A DNA stretch of 32,000 bases from Wolbachia endosymbiont of Litomosoides sigmodontis (lineage in GTDB: Bacteria > Pseudomonadota > Alphaproteobacteria > Rickettsiales > Anaplasmataceae), in contig NZ_CP046577.1 of the NCBI RefSeq assembly GCF_013365435.1, positions 660,001 to 692,000 on the forward strand, written 5' to 3'. Shown piece by piece: positions 10,033-19,585 of this stretch. A model generated the notes under the pieces. The model was not told the DNA's origin, did no database searches, and saw nothing but the letters and a program-made list of their open reading frames with translations. Position numbers and translations under genes: made by a program. Each line of letters starts with the position of its first letter. The stretch's first letter is position 1.

Positions 10033-10317
10033 TCATTGATTATTTATTAATTTTTTTACTACTTTTGATGGTCTAAAAGAAACTGAATTTCTTGCCTGGA
10101 TTATTACTTTTTTTGACGTATTTGGTACATTTCCTGGCCTTTCTTTCTTTTTTTTAATCGAAAATGTTCCAAATGAAGATATTTTTACTATGCCGTCCTT
10201 TACCAAGCTTGTTTTTATCTCATCCAATATATCATCTATTATTGCAGCAGAGTCTTCTTTTGATAACCCAATTTCTTGGTTTATATCTTCAGCTATTATT
10301 GCCTTAGTTACTGTCAT
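10033..10317 (-). CDS. ihfA: Integration host factor alpha subunit / HU-family DNA-binding protein
   Basis: MTVTKAIIAEDINQEIGLSKEDSAAIIDDILDEIKTSLVKDGIVKISSFGTFSIKKKKERPGNVPNTSKKVIIQARNSVSFRPSK shows the IHF/HU fold pattern. The tracked ORF begins 8 codons earlier (10341); ATG 10317 gives the family-typical N-terminus. Confidence 0.85.
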   Translation of the reverse strand: MTVTKAIIAEDINQEIGLSKEDSAAIIDDILDEIKTSLVKDGIVKISSFGTFSIKKKKERPGNVPNTSKKVIIQARNSVSFRPSKVVKKLINNQ

Positions 10318-10502
10318 ACCCCTTGTTGTAACGCAATCCATAATTTAGTGAGTATTACAATATATGAATATAATATAATAATCAACCTAAGCTTCGGCTA
10401 CTTTATTTTTAGAACGTGCTTCTCTTGTAGCAGTATTAAAATACTAGTGGCTAATAATTGCAAATACTGCAAAAGCGCCATTTATGACCTGTAAAAGGGC
10501 TA

Positions 10503-10575
10503 ACGTTAATACTACAATTTCACTCATAATAAACGTAAATCCATTGACAATGGATAAAATGTACCGATGTATTTC
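10503..10575 (+). repeat. Left-end (IR-L side) relic of an outer IS630-family copy (block R1)
   Basis: ttaatactacaatttcac...aatggataaaatgtaccgatg resembles the IR-L/5' leader seen in reverse at 13900-13977 and 26770-26838. It is heavily decayed. Confidence 0.35.
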
Positions 10576-10605
10576 CGTTTCATACTTTCACTATCAACAA
10601 TAAAA

Positions 10606-11451
10606 TTAATACCAATTCTCAGTGTTAATAGATTAAATAAGCGACATTGCTAAGTGAGGAAAGAGAGGTAATAAATTTGCACGAAACACTCTCACGCAAA
10701 GCAATTGTACTATAGACTTTAATTACACAAAATATTCTATTTTTTATAGAAAACCAAAGTCTCTCAAAAAGACTTCTTGCATTCTTAAATATTGCAGCAT
10801 TTGTTCAAGAAATATATTCATACAATTAGTGTTGATATTTAGTGCAAATACACTAGAATTTTCTACATTTCTAAGATTAACTACTGTAGAAACAAAAGTT
10901 TGTCTATTTAAGTTTTTAAAAATTTCCTGTCTACCTCTATCTTATCCATTGTAAATTGTTCTTGACGTAATATACAAAAAACTTCATTTTTAAATATACA
11001 GCATACTGTAGACTTGCTAATATTAAAGCCAAATTTTCCCTAAATTCTTATTCCCATTTCTTTAATGGGCAATATCACGGTTTTCTCATATGCATACTTT
11101 AATTTATTCGAATTGATTTTAAAATTCAATCTAGTTTTTCAACAACGTTGAAGAGAGTAAACAATTTCACTTCTCTTTTAAGTTTTAAGTACTTTCTCCA
11201 TATAGTTAATGTTATTCTTGAAATGCAACAGCTGTTATGCTGTGCTTTTTGCTGCAATTATAGCATTTAACTTTTTTGCAACATATGTATTATTTCGTAC
11301 TTTCTTCAGCATTTCTTTTGCTAATTCTAAGATTTTTTTATCCAATAAATTTTCATTTCAACGCCATTAAAACTTTGCTATCCTACTTACTTCAGCATTG
11401 CTTCTTTATCCATTATTACCTATCTATTCTTTATATTGTTGAATCAATAAG
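10606..11451 (-). pseudogene. IS630/Tc1-mariner-family transposase pseudogene (inner copy of block R1)
   Basis: The reverse strand reads a decayed transposase. Its tail (ERLWFSIKNRIFCVIKVYSTIALRESVSCKFITSLS) lies at about 10640-10775, with middle and N-terminal HTH-like parts up to about 11395. It has many stops and at least two internal deletions relative to the copies at 17.6-18.5 kb and 31.0-32.0 kb. Terminal inverted-repeat sequence is recognisable at both ends (ttaataccaattctcagtgttaatag... and ...ttgttgaatcaataag). Confidence 0.8.
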
Positions 11452-11776
11452 AACAAAGATTAAAGTAAAATTAGGTAAATAAAATTTTTATCTCTATGGA
11501 CTGTGCTAATTGATCTAAGTTAAAAAATTTAGAAGTATCTAAAAGTATCGAAATTATATACTTGATACCACACCTACCTGAACTTAATCCTATTGAGAGA
11601 CTTTGGTTGTATATAAAATAGAATATTTTGTGTAATAAAGTCTATAGTACAATTGCTTTGCATGAGAGTGCTTCGTGCAAATTTATTACCTCTCTTTCTC
11701 ACTCCCAACTAAATAACTCTGTACAATGTCACTTATTTAACCCACTAACATTGAAAATTAGTATTAGAAGCTTCAT
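11452..11776 (+). pseudogene. IS630-family transposase pseudogene, 3' part (outer copy of block R1)
   Basis: Starts at aacaaagattaaagtaaaattaggta. It reads ...LPELNPIERLWLYIK*NILCNKVYSTIALHESASCKFITSLSH and ends in the IR-R sequence cacttatttaacccactaacattgaaaattagtattag. It carries an internal deletion of about 130 bp. Confidence 0.8.
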
Positions 11777-12098
11777 CAAGTAGAAAATAAGGTAAAAGAA
11801 TCACTGTTAATATTTACTATCTATTTTTTTAAATTAGGCGTCCTATACTATCTCAAATACTTTAGCAAGTGCATTTTTAGCTTATATTAGGTAAAATTTT
11901 AAAGTTTATTAAAGACATGAGGTGTATATAATGCAAAAAACTAAACACAAGACACCAAGTACATTAAGTTTTTCGTCATTTTATTCACACAGATTGAAGA
12001 TAATTAAGTGACTCCAATAACATGCTTATCAAGTAGTTTTCTGTAATTCCGTTCCCCCTATTTTCAAATTATGATATTCATATGGTTTGTAAAAGAAT

Positions 12099-12881
12099 TT
12101 AGTTATAAGGAGGGAAATGCCAATTTTTAGGTGATAATGTAAATATTTCAACACCATCTTTTGTTACCCCAAGTGTATGCTCAAATTGCGCAGAAAGTGA
12201 AAGATCACATGTTATTACTGTCCAATTATCAAGCTTACTAAGGAGAGTTTCATGCTTCCCAGCGTTGATCATTGGTTCTATTGTAAAAAACATCCCTTCC
12301 TTTAATACAAGGCTTTCATCTTGATCATAGAAATGTACTACATTCGGCGGAGCATGAAAGACTTTTCCTATACCATGTCCGCAATAGTTACGTACGATAG
12401 AATAGCCAAAATCTCTAATATACTTTTCTATAGCAAGGCCTATCTCATTCAATTTATTACCAGGCTTAACCTGTTTTATTGCTTCCATCAATGCACCATA
12501 AGTAGCATCACATAAGCGTTTTGCTTTCATTGATGGTTTACCAACCCAAAACATGCGGCTTGTATCACCATACCAACCATTTAAAATCACCGTAACATCA
12601 ATATTTAAAATATCCCCATCTTTAAGCTGCTCATCATCAGGAATGCCATGACATACAACAGCATTTTTTGAAGTGCAAATCGACTTGGGATATCCTTTGT
12701 AGTTTAATGGCGCCGGAATTGCACCTGCTTTAACTATAAAATCATGACATAAATCATTTAATTCATTAGTTGTTACTCCTAGTTTTACATATGGTGCAAT
12801 GAAATCAAGAGTTTTAGCTGCTAACCTTCCAGCTTTACGCATAAATTCAAAATCTTTTTGTGAATGTAAAGTTATGTTCAT
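12099..12881 (-). CDS. map: Type I methionine aminopeptidase
   Basis: 260-aa ORF with the MetAP-I metal-ligand context (VCHGIP, DILNIDV, GWYGD, GHGIG, FTIEP, QFEHT). Confidence 0.96.
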   Translation of the reverse strand: MNITLHSQKDFEFMRKAGRLAAKTLDFIAPYVKLGVTTNELNDLCHDFIVKAGAIPAPLNYKGYPKSICTSKNAVVCHGIPDDEQLKDGDILNIDVTVILNGWYGDTSRMFWVGKPSMKAKRLCDATYGALMEAIKQVKPGNKLNEIGLAIEKYIRDFGYSIVRNYCGHGIGKVFHAPPNVVHFYDQDESLVLKEGMFFTIEPMINAGKHETLLSKLDNWTVITCDLSLSAQFEHTLGVTKDGVEIFTLSPKNWHFPPYN

Positions 12882-13151
12882 ATTTTTCGCATATTATTGT
12901 AGTTACCATACACATTTTTATGTAAGATTAACAGCTTTGCTTACAGTTTATCAGTTATCAAAGTAAATTCCATAGATCCCAGTGTCAAGCATATAACTAT
13001 ACAAACATTGCAATATGCTTCCACTAAAGCAGGAAATTAGTGCGTAATACATAACTATACGTGTCAAATTAATGGTAAATACTCAAAATTGTAAGTCAAA
13101 AATCAGATTGAATATTTTGTAAATTCATAGATGTCTACGAATTACATATTT

Positions 13152-13270
13152 CATACTAATTCTCCTTTACAGGAAACGGATAGACAGTAATGGAAAAGAA
13201 GTCATACAGAAGTAAGTAAGTCAGCAAAAGAAATGCTAAAGAAAAGTACAAAATAAAACATATGTACAAT
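13152..13270 (+). pseudogene. IS630-family element, 5' end fragment (outer copy of block R2)
   Basis: catactaattctcc...cagaagtaagtaagtcagcaaaagaaatgctaaagaaaagtacaaaataaaacatatgtaca matches IR-L plus the start of the N-terminal region as seen at 31017-31130. The segment around the transposase ATG is deleted. Confidence 0.55.
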
Positions 13271-13977
13271 CTAAAGTCTCCCAATGAGATTGAACTCTGG
13301 TAAATATGGTGGTAAGTATGTAATCTTGATATTTTAATATACCTTTAAATCTTTTAACTTGTGCTAACTAGCATAATCAATGATGTACACCAAATTGCAA
13401 TTTATCAAAGATAAATAATTCTTGTTCAGGATACTTATCAATATCTCATTAAGTTTTTTTACTCTTTTTGTCTACTTTTATCTTTTTTATTGTGAATTGG
13501 TCTGGACTGATACATGAAAACTTCATTTTACACATTACTGTAAACTTGCTGACATTAGCCAAATTTCCCCAGATTCTTATTCTCGTTTCTTTAATGAGAA
13601 GACTAGAATTTTCTTAAATTTATACTCAACTTATTCAAATTAATCCCGGTTCAATCTAATTTTTCTATAGCGCTAGTAAGAGTAAACAATTTTCTTCTCT
13701 TCTAAATTTTAGGTACTTTCTTCATGTAATTAATGTTGTTCTCGAAATGCAACGGCTATTATGCTGTGCTTTTTTGCTACAATTACAGCGTTTTGTTTTT
13801 TGTAACATATACGTTATTTCGTATTTTCTTCAGCATTTTTTTGCTGATTTTAAGATTTCTTTATCCAATAATTTTCATTTTAACGCCATTTAAATCTTGC
13901 TATCTTACTTACTTCGGTATGGCTCTTCTTTATCCACTATCATTTATCTGTGCTCTTTGTAGGATGGAACTAATACT
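13271..13977 (-). pseudogene. IS630-family transposase pseudogene (inner copy of block R2)
   Basis: The reverse strand reads the N-terminal HTH-like region through PEQELFIFDKLQF (about 13385). It then jumps across a deleted middle section to ...LIIDYASWHKSKK..YLPEFNLIGRL (13271-13380). IR-L is visible at 13900-13977, ending ggatggaactaatactag. Multiple stops. Confidence 0.8.
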
Positions 13978-14424
13978 AGAACAAAGATTAAAGTAAAATT
14001 AGGTAGTAAAATTTTTATCTCTACAGTCTAGTTAATTCTAGAAATGTAGAGAGTTTTTAGGTATTTGTACCAAATATTAACACTGATTGTATGAATTCAT
14101 TTCATGAACAAATGTTGCAATATTTTAGAATACGAGACAATTTTCTTATCATTGATTATATTAGTTAGCATAAGTCAAAAAAATTAAAGGTATATTAAAA
14201 TATCAAGATTACATATCTATCACCATACTTACCAGAGCTCAATCCTATTGAGAAATTTCAAGCTGTACATAAAACAGAACATTTTGCGTAATTAAAGTCT
14301 ATAACACAATTGCTTTGCGCGAGAGTGGCTTTGTGCAAACTTATTACTTTTCTTTTCCACTTAGCAATTAAATAATTCTGCAATGTCACTTATTTGATCC
14401 ACTAGCAATTAGAATTGGTATTAG
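13978..14424 (+). pseudogene. IS630-family transposase pseudogene, middle plus 3' part (outer copy of block R2)
   Basis: Begins aacaaagattaaagtaaaattaggtag, the same junction as at 11452. It reads ...NTDCMNSFHEQMLQYFRIRDNFLIIDYIS*HKSKKLKVY*NIKITYLSPYLPELNPIEKF... and ends in IR-R (cacttatttgatccactagcaattagaattggtattag). Confidence 0.82.
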
Positions 14425-14492
14425 GCATATTTACCCAGATCTAATAAAATAGTTGAGGTTTTTATAGGACTATCAAATCTTGTCCACAGAGA

Positions 14493-15731
14493 CTAGACCA
14501 TGACTTTCGACTTCACCCAGTGGTATAACTTACTTATTTTACCATTCTGACCTAGCATACTAGGATTATTTTTATAAAAAGTGTCAATTATTAACTTTAT
14601 AGAGCCTATGGCAGCAGAAAATACAGGATTCTTATCGTATTCACCATCAAGACCACTACATGACTCAGGGTATCCAATACGGACTTGTTTATTAAATATA
14701 TAGCTTGCAATCTCCTTTATACTTGCTAGTTTGCTAGTGCCACCAGTGATAACCACTTTATTAATTGGATCTTGCTGCTTCTGAAAGTGCCCTTTTACTA
14801 ACTCAAGTATCTCTTCAATCCTTGGTCTTATAATGTCAATAAGTTCAGACTTGGGCACTCGAATCTGTTCATCATTCTCACTATTTTGCACTGCAATGTA
14901 CTCGTTCTCATCTATTGAAGTTACAACAGTACTACCATACAGTATTTTCATACGCTCCGCATGTTTTATGTTCACACATAATCCATAAGCTATATCTCGA
15001 GTAATATGAATACCACCAATTGGGATGCTGTTTGCATATATAAGCTTGCTTCTTTTGAAAATCCCAACTGCGGTGCACCCACCTCCTATATCAATAATAG
15101 CAGTTCCTAACTCTTTTTCATCTTCACTGAGACAAGCAAGACCTGCAGAATACGCGGAAGCAATGCAACCTGCCATACTTAAATCACTATTATTGGTTAT
15201 GCAATTTTCAATGTTAGTAAGTGCTGGACGTGAAGCAGTGACAACATTAACATCAGCAGACAATCTCTTTCCATATAATCCACTAACTTCTCTTATATCA
15301 GTCATATCATCCAAGCGGTATTTTAGTGGTATATTGTGAATAATAACATTTTCTTCGATATATTTCTCAAACGTTTGAAAAACCACACGTTTTATATCCA
15401 AGTCAGAAATCTCATGATTACCTGCAATAATCTCATTATGCACATTAAAAGATAAGATTCCACACCCAGCAATATTAACACATATTTGGTCTATAGTTTC
15501 CTCTGACATTTGCTCAGCTAAATCTATAGTAGATGAAATAGAGTAATTTGCATATTTTATATCAGTTATTAATCCACCGTTTACGCCTTCTGCAACTTTA
15601 TAACCTGCGCCTATTATTTTATAGCTGAAGTTGCTACTCATCTTAACAATTAGACAGATAATTTTCGTTGTACCTATATCTAAAACAGCAAAAACATCTC
15701 TCTTGGGTTTTACTATTACTGCAGAGTACAT
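14493..15731 (-). CDS. ftsA: Cell division protein FtsA
   Basis: 412-aa ORF of the actin/HSP70 fold type (LDIGTTKIICLIV; IIDIGGGCTAVGIF; VVITGGTSKLASIKE), with a C-terminal amphipathic tail. Confidence 0.93.
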   Translation of the reverse strand: MYSAVIVKPKRDVFAVLDIGTTKIICLIVKMSSNFSYKIIGAGYKVAEGVNGGLITDIKYANYSISSTIDLAEQMSEETIDQICVNIAGCGILSFNVHNEIIAGNHEISDLDIKRVVFQTFEKYIEENVIIHNIPLKYRLDDMTDIREVSGLYGKRLSADVNVVTASRPALTNIENCITNNSDLSMAGCIASAYSAGLACLSEDEKELGTAIIDIGGGCTAVGIFKRSKLIYANSIPIGGIHITRDIAYGLCVNIKHAERMKILYGSTVVTSIDENEYIAVQNSENDEQIRVPKSELIDIIRPRIEEILELVKGHFQKQQDPINKVVITGGTSKLASIKEIASYIFNKQVRIGYPESCSGLDGEYDKNPVFSAAIGSIKLIIDTFYKNNPSMLGQNGKISKLYHWVKSKVMV

Positions 15732-15866
15732 TAGTTGACCTTATTACATAATTTTATTTAAGCAGATTCCTTTAATAATTTATATTTCTATTACAAAAAT
15801 ACAGCAACATTTTTATATATCTAAATACTAGACAAAGGAAAAAATAAAGCATAGAATTATAACTTT

Positions 15867-16406
15867 ATGCCTAAATTATCAATTATAATCGCTCCAGATA
15901 AAAGGTTAACCACATGTGCCAATGAAGTAACAGACATAAATAATAAAATTAAAGAACTAGTAAATAACATGTTCGAAACTATGTACGATGCAGAAGGTCT
16001 TGGCCTTGCCGCGGTACAAGTTGGAGTGCCAAAGAGAGTTTTTGTCGTGGATATTCAGTTAGAGGATATCGAAGATAGACCAGCAGGGTATGAATCGACT
16101 GGCAAATTTTGCATGATTAATCCTGAAATTACAGAACTATCAGATGAACCAGTCTTTCTTAAAGAAGGGTGCCTTTCAATCCCAGAGCAAAGTCATGAAA
16201 TTAGACGCCCAAAATACTTAACTGTGAAATATAAAGACTTAAATAATAAAGAACAGACACTAAAAGCTAGTGGTTGGCTTGCAAGGTGTATTCAGCATGA
16301 GCTAGACCACCTAAATGGTATATTATATATTAGACATTTATCTAAATTGAAGTATGATATCGCCATAAAAAAAGCGCAAAAGGTTAAGAGTTACTATGAG
16401 CGATGA
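15867..16406 (+). CDS. def: Peptide deformylase
   Basis: 179-aa ORF with the three PDF motifs (GLGLAAVQVG, EGCLSIP, QHELDHLNG). Confidence 0.96.
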   Translation: MPKLSIIIAPDKRLTTCANEVTDINNKIKELVNNMFETMYDAEGLGLAAVQVGVPKRVFVVDIQLEDIEDRPAGYESTGKFCMINPEITELSDEPVFLKEGCLSIPEQSHEIRRPKYLTVKYKDLNNKEQTLKASGWLARCIQHELDHLNGILYIRHLSKLKYDIAIKKAQKVKSYYER

Positions 16407-17196
16407 AGATTTAGAATTACTAAAGTTTTATCACGAAGTGGGTGTTGATTGCACACTAACAGAAAGTGAAGATGAAAAAAAAGTAAAAAGAGAGAAAAGT
16501 AGCAAAGTTGTGCAATCTTTTATTACTCAAGATAAATGGCAAAAAAAAGAGCAGCAATCTATGTTTCCAAGTGACTGGATAATTGAAGCAAGAAAACTTG
16601 CAAGTAAATGTAACAGCATAGATGAATTAAGAAGTACAGTTAGGTTATTTGAAGGTTGTGAGATAAAAAAAACTGCAACTAATACTGTTTTTTCCGATGG
16701 TAATCAAAGTGCGAAAATTATGCTTATTGGTGAAGCTCCAGGAGTAAATGAAGACCGTCAAGGCATACCATTTTGTGGTGTAAGCGGAATACTGCTCGAT
16801 AAGATGCTTAGTGCAATCAATCTTGATCGCACCAAAGTATACATAAGCAATACTGTATTTTGGCGCCCACCAGGCAATAGAAAGCCAACTGATCTAGAGC
16901 TCGACATGTGTAAGCCATTCGTTGAGAAACATATTGCACTAGTTTCACCTCAGATCCTTATTTTGGTTGGAGGTATCGCGTGTTATAGCCTTCTTGATAA
17001 CACAAAAACTATATCAATTTTGCGTGGCAGATTCCATACGTATACTAATCAATACTTATCGCATTCGATTATTACAGCTGCTATATTTCACCCAGCTTAT
17101 CTACTTCGTCAACCAGCACAAAAACATTTAGCCTGGGAAGATTTGAAGAAGATTAGAGAATACCTTAATAATATCAATAACTGTACAGGTGCCTAG
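16396..17196 (+). CDS. Family-4 uracil-DNA glycosylase with ~95-aa N-terminal extension
   Basis: 266-aa ORF with the motif GEAPGVNEDRQGIPFCGVSG and a C-terminal HPAYLLRQP block, typical of family-4 UDG (SPO1 DNA-polymerase-related protein). Its start overlaps the end of def by 11 nt. Confidence 0.88.
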   Translation: MSDEDLELLKFYHEVGVDCTLTESEDEKKVKREKSSKVVQSFITQDKWQKKEQQSMFPSDWIIEARKLASKCNSIDELRSTVRLFEGCEIKKTATNTVFSDGNQSAKIMLIGEAPGVNEDRQGIPFCGVSGILLDKMLSAINLDRTKVYISNTVFWRPPGNRKPTDLELDMCKPFVEKHIALVSPQILILVGGIACYSLLDNTKTISILRGRFHTYTNQYLSHSIITAAIFHPAYLLRQPAQKHLAWEDLKKIREYLNNINNCTGA

Positions 17197-17572
17197 TAAA
17201 TCGATAAAATAATGGACCTTTGTATTGCTTACTCATCAAGCACAACTGCTATAGCAGTCATTCAAAATAGCTTACAGAAATGTAGAAAATTGCTTGACAC
17301 ATTTTGCTAGTCCACTTAGTTATATCAGTGTAGCTGATTTATATAACTTTCCAGTCTATGCAAATTAAAATAACAAGAATGTTCTTGTATTCCGTATACT
17401 ATTGTTTAATCTTTTGTACTATACGTACCATATGTCTTTATAGAAATTTCTGGATTTCTTAAACCCTATTCAAGCTGAAACGTGCTTATAAAGCACTTAA
17501 GACATCACACAATATCAAATTTTTTAAATTAAAGAGTTTGCAACTAGCTACTCCGGTTTTTCTTGCCTTTTT

Positions 17573-18470
17573 TCTATTTGATAAATTTCTTAGACATTTA
17601 TAGCTAAGAGAAGTAATAAATTTGTATAAAGTACACTTCTCAAGTAAAGCAATTATATTATTGCCTTTATTACGCGAAATATTCTATTTTATACACAACT
17701 CCTAGAGTCCTTCAATAATATTGAATTCAGGTAAGCTGGTAGCAGATATATAATCTCGATATTTTTAGGTATTTTTAAATTTCTTGACTCATATCAACTG
17801 GCACAATTCATGATAAGAAAGGCTTCTTGTGTTCTCAAATATTGCAACATTTATTCAAAAAATATATTCATTCAATCAGTATTGAACATTCAGTATAAAT
17901 AAGCTAGAACTCTCTCTATTTCTAGGATTAACTGCACTATAGAGATAAAAATTTTATCTACCTAATTTTATTTTAACCTGTGTTCTAACACCTTTTTTAA
18001 ATCACCCGTGTCCAACTTCTGAATATGTGCAAACTGCAATTCATCAAAAATGATTAACTCTTATTCAGGCTATTTACCAATAGCCCTATTAAGTTTTTTT
18101 AATCCTTCTTGTCTATCTTTATCTTGTTCATTAAACTTGCTGACATTCAAGCTAAATTTTCCCCCTAGATTCCTATTCTCATTTCTTTAATGGTAATATA
18201 CTATATTTTTTATATCCACACTTCAACCCGTTAAAATTAACTCTGATTCAATCTAGTTTTTCTACTAGATTGAGGAAAAGTAAACAATTTTCTTCTCTTC
18301 CAAATTTTAGGTACTTTATCCATGTAATCAATGCGGTCTTTGAAATGCAACATATTTTTGCTACAGCTATTATACTGTACTTTTTTACCTACCTCAGCAG
18401 CAGAACTCTTTTTTCATTATTGTCTATCCACTCCTTGTACAGTGATAATCTGTATCATAAGCAAACTCTT
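17573..18470 (-). pseudogene. IS630-family transposase pseudogene, solo copy (block R3)
   Basis: Single reverse-oriented copy, collinear with the 31.0-32.0 kb copy. C-terminal part at 17600-17770 (revcomp ...IEIIYLLPAYLNSILLKDS...), middle at 17770-18040, PE.ELIIFDELQF at about 18040-18070, N-terminal region to about 18400. An IR-L-like sequence (ctcagcagcagaactcttttttcattattgtctatccactcc...) ends about 40 bp before the purK stop. Many stops and deletions. Confidence 0.8.
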
Positions 18471-18511
18471 CTAGATACCAGTGACACTTGTGTTTGAGGC
18501 AAAACTTTATG

Positions 18512-19585
18512 TTAACTTAAATCTACATTAACATGCCCCATTTTACGCCTATCTCTAGCCTCTTTTTTTCCATATATGGTTAAATTAGCCTTCTTGTTAC
18601 TTAAATACCTACAAGTATGATATACATCATCACCTATTATGTTTTTCGTCATACAAGGAAAACGCAATACCACTTCTTGTATAGGTAATTCACATATTAC
18701 CCTAACCAATTGCTCAAATTGACTAACATTACATGCATCCAAGCTCCAGTGGCAAGAATTATGAGGTCTTGGAGCTAATTCATTAACTAGTAGCTCACTA
18801 TTTTTAGTAATGAAAAGCTCAATAGCTAGAATTCCCACTACATCAAGCGCACCTGCTATTTTCTCCGCGGTTTGTTGTATTTCTCGAACTAACTTGCTAT
18901 CCACTTTAGCCGGCACTATTGAAGTATCCAATATTCCATCAACATGGTAATTTTCTGCCACAGGAAAAAAAGCTACTTTACTATTTTTATCCCTTACAAT
19001 AACTATTGAAACCTCTTTTAGTAAGTCAACACTTGCTTCAAGAATGTACTGTGCATTCCAGTCAAAGGAAGCAGATCGCTTAGCTTGAGAATCATTCCAT
19101 ATTATATATTGTCCCTTTCCATCGTAACCCATTTCTGCTGTTTTCAGCCTTGTTGGATAGCCAAAAGCTCTGCTAATTTCTAATAGTTCATTATGATTTT
19201 GTACACTTTTATAATCAGTGGTTCTTATGCCTAAATTTCTAATGAAATCTTTCTCCCTAAGCCTATTTTGTGAAATGTACAACGCTTTTTTACCTGGATA
19301 AAAATCCACATATTGTGACATAATATCAATTGCCTCACATGGAATATTTTCAGATTCAATAGTAACTAAATCCACACTCTGTGCAAAAGACTCAATCGCC
19401 TTTTTATCAGAAAAATCTGCTACTGTTAAATCATCAGCAACAGAACAAGCAGGATCATCTCTAGCATTAGCAAAGACATATGTTTTTTGTCCAAGTTTTG
19501 TTGCAGCAATAGCGATCATTTTACCTAATTGTCCACTGCCTACTATTCCTATCACTCTTTTGCAAAGTACATCCGACTTACTCAT
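18512..19585 (-). CDS. purK: 5-(carboxyamino)imidazole ribonucleotide synthase (N5-CAIR synthase)
   Basis: 357-aa ATP-grasp ORF with IGIVGSGQLGKM at the N-terminus, YPTRLKT..GYDGKGQ, and ELAPRPHNS. Confidence 0.93.
   Translation of the reverse strand: MSKSDVLCKRVIGIVGSGQLGKMIAIAATKLGQKTYVFANARDDPACSVADDLTVADFSDKKAIESFAQSVDLVTIESENIPCEAIDIMSQYVDFYPGKKALYISQNRLREKDFIRNLGIRTTDYKSVQNHNELLEISRAFGYPTRLKTAEMGYDGKGQYIIWNDSQAKRSASFDWNAQYILEASVDLLKEVSIVIVRDKNSKVAFFPVAENYHVDGILDTSIVPAKVDSKLVREIQQTAEKIAGALDVVGILAIELFITKNSELLVNELAPRPHNSCHWSLDACNVSQFEQLVRVICELPIQEVVLRFPCMTKNIIGDDVYHTCRYLSNKKANLTIYGKKEARDRRKMGHVNVDLS

Noticed and set aside
11276-11482. Recurrent Phe/Leu-rich small ORFs (11276-11482, 13733-13996, 18270-18497 on the plus strand; 31014-31250 on the minus strand) that look like a conserved hydrophobic peptide family.
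   Set aside because: Each lies antisense to the Lys/Glu-rich N-terminal region of an IS630 transposase pseudogene. AAA/GAA-rich sense codons give stop-free TTT/TTC/CTT antisense frames. Starts, lengths and frames differ between copies, and the frame is broken in the 26.6 kb copy.
11931-12011. 26-codon ORF (MQKTKHKTPSTLSFSSFYSHRLKIIK) with a good GAGGTG Shine-Dalgarno 7 nt upstream, between block R1 and map.
   Set aside because: It is too short to evaluate without conservation or expression data, and such ORFs arise by chance in AT-rich spacers. It is flagged only as a possible ribosome-profiling target.
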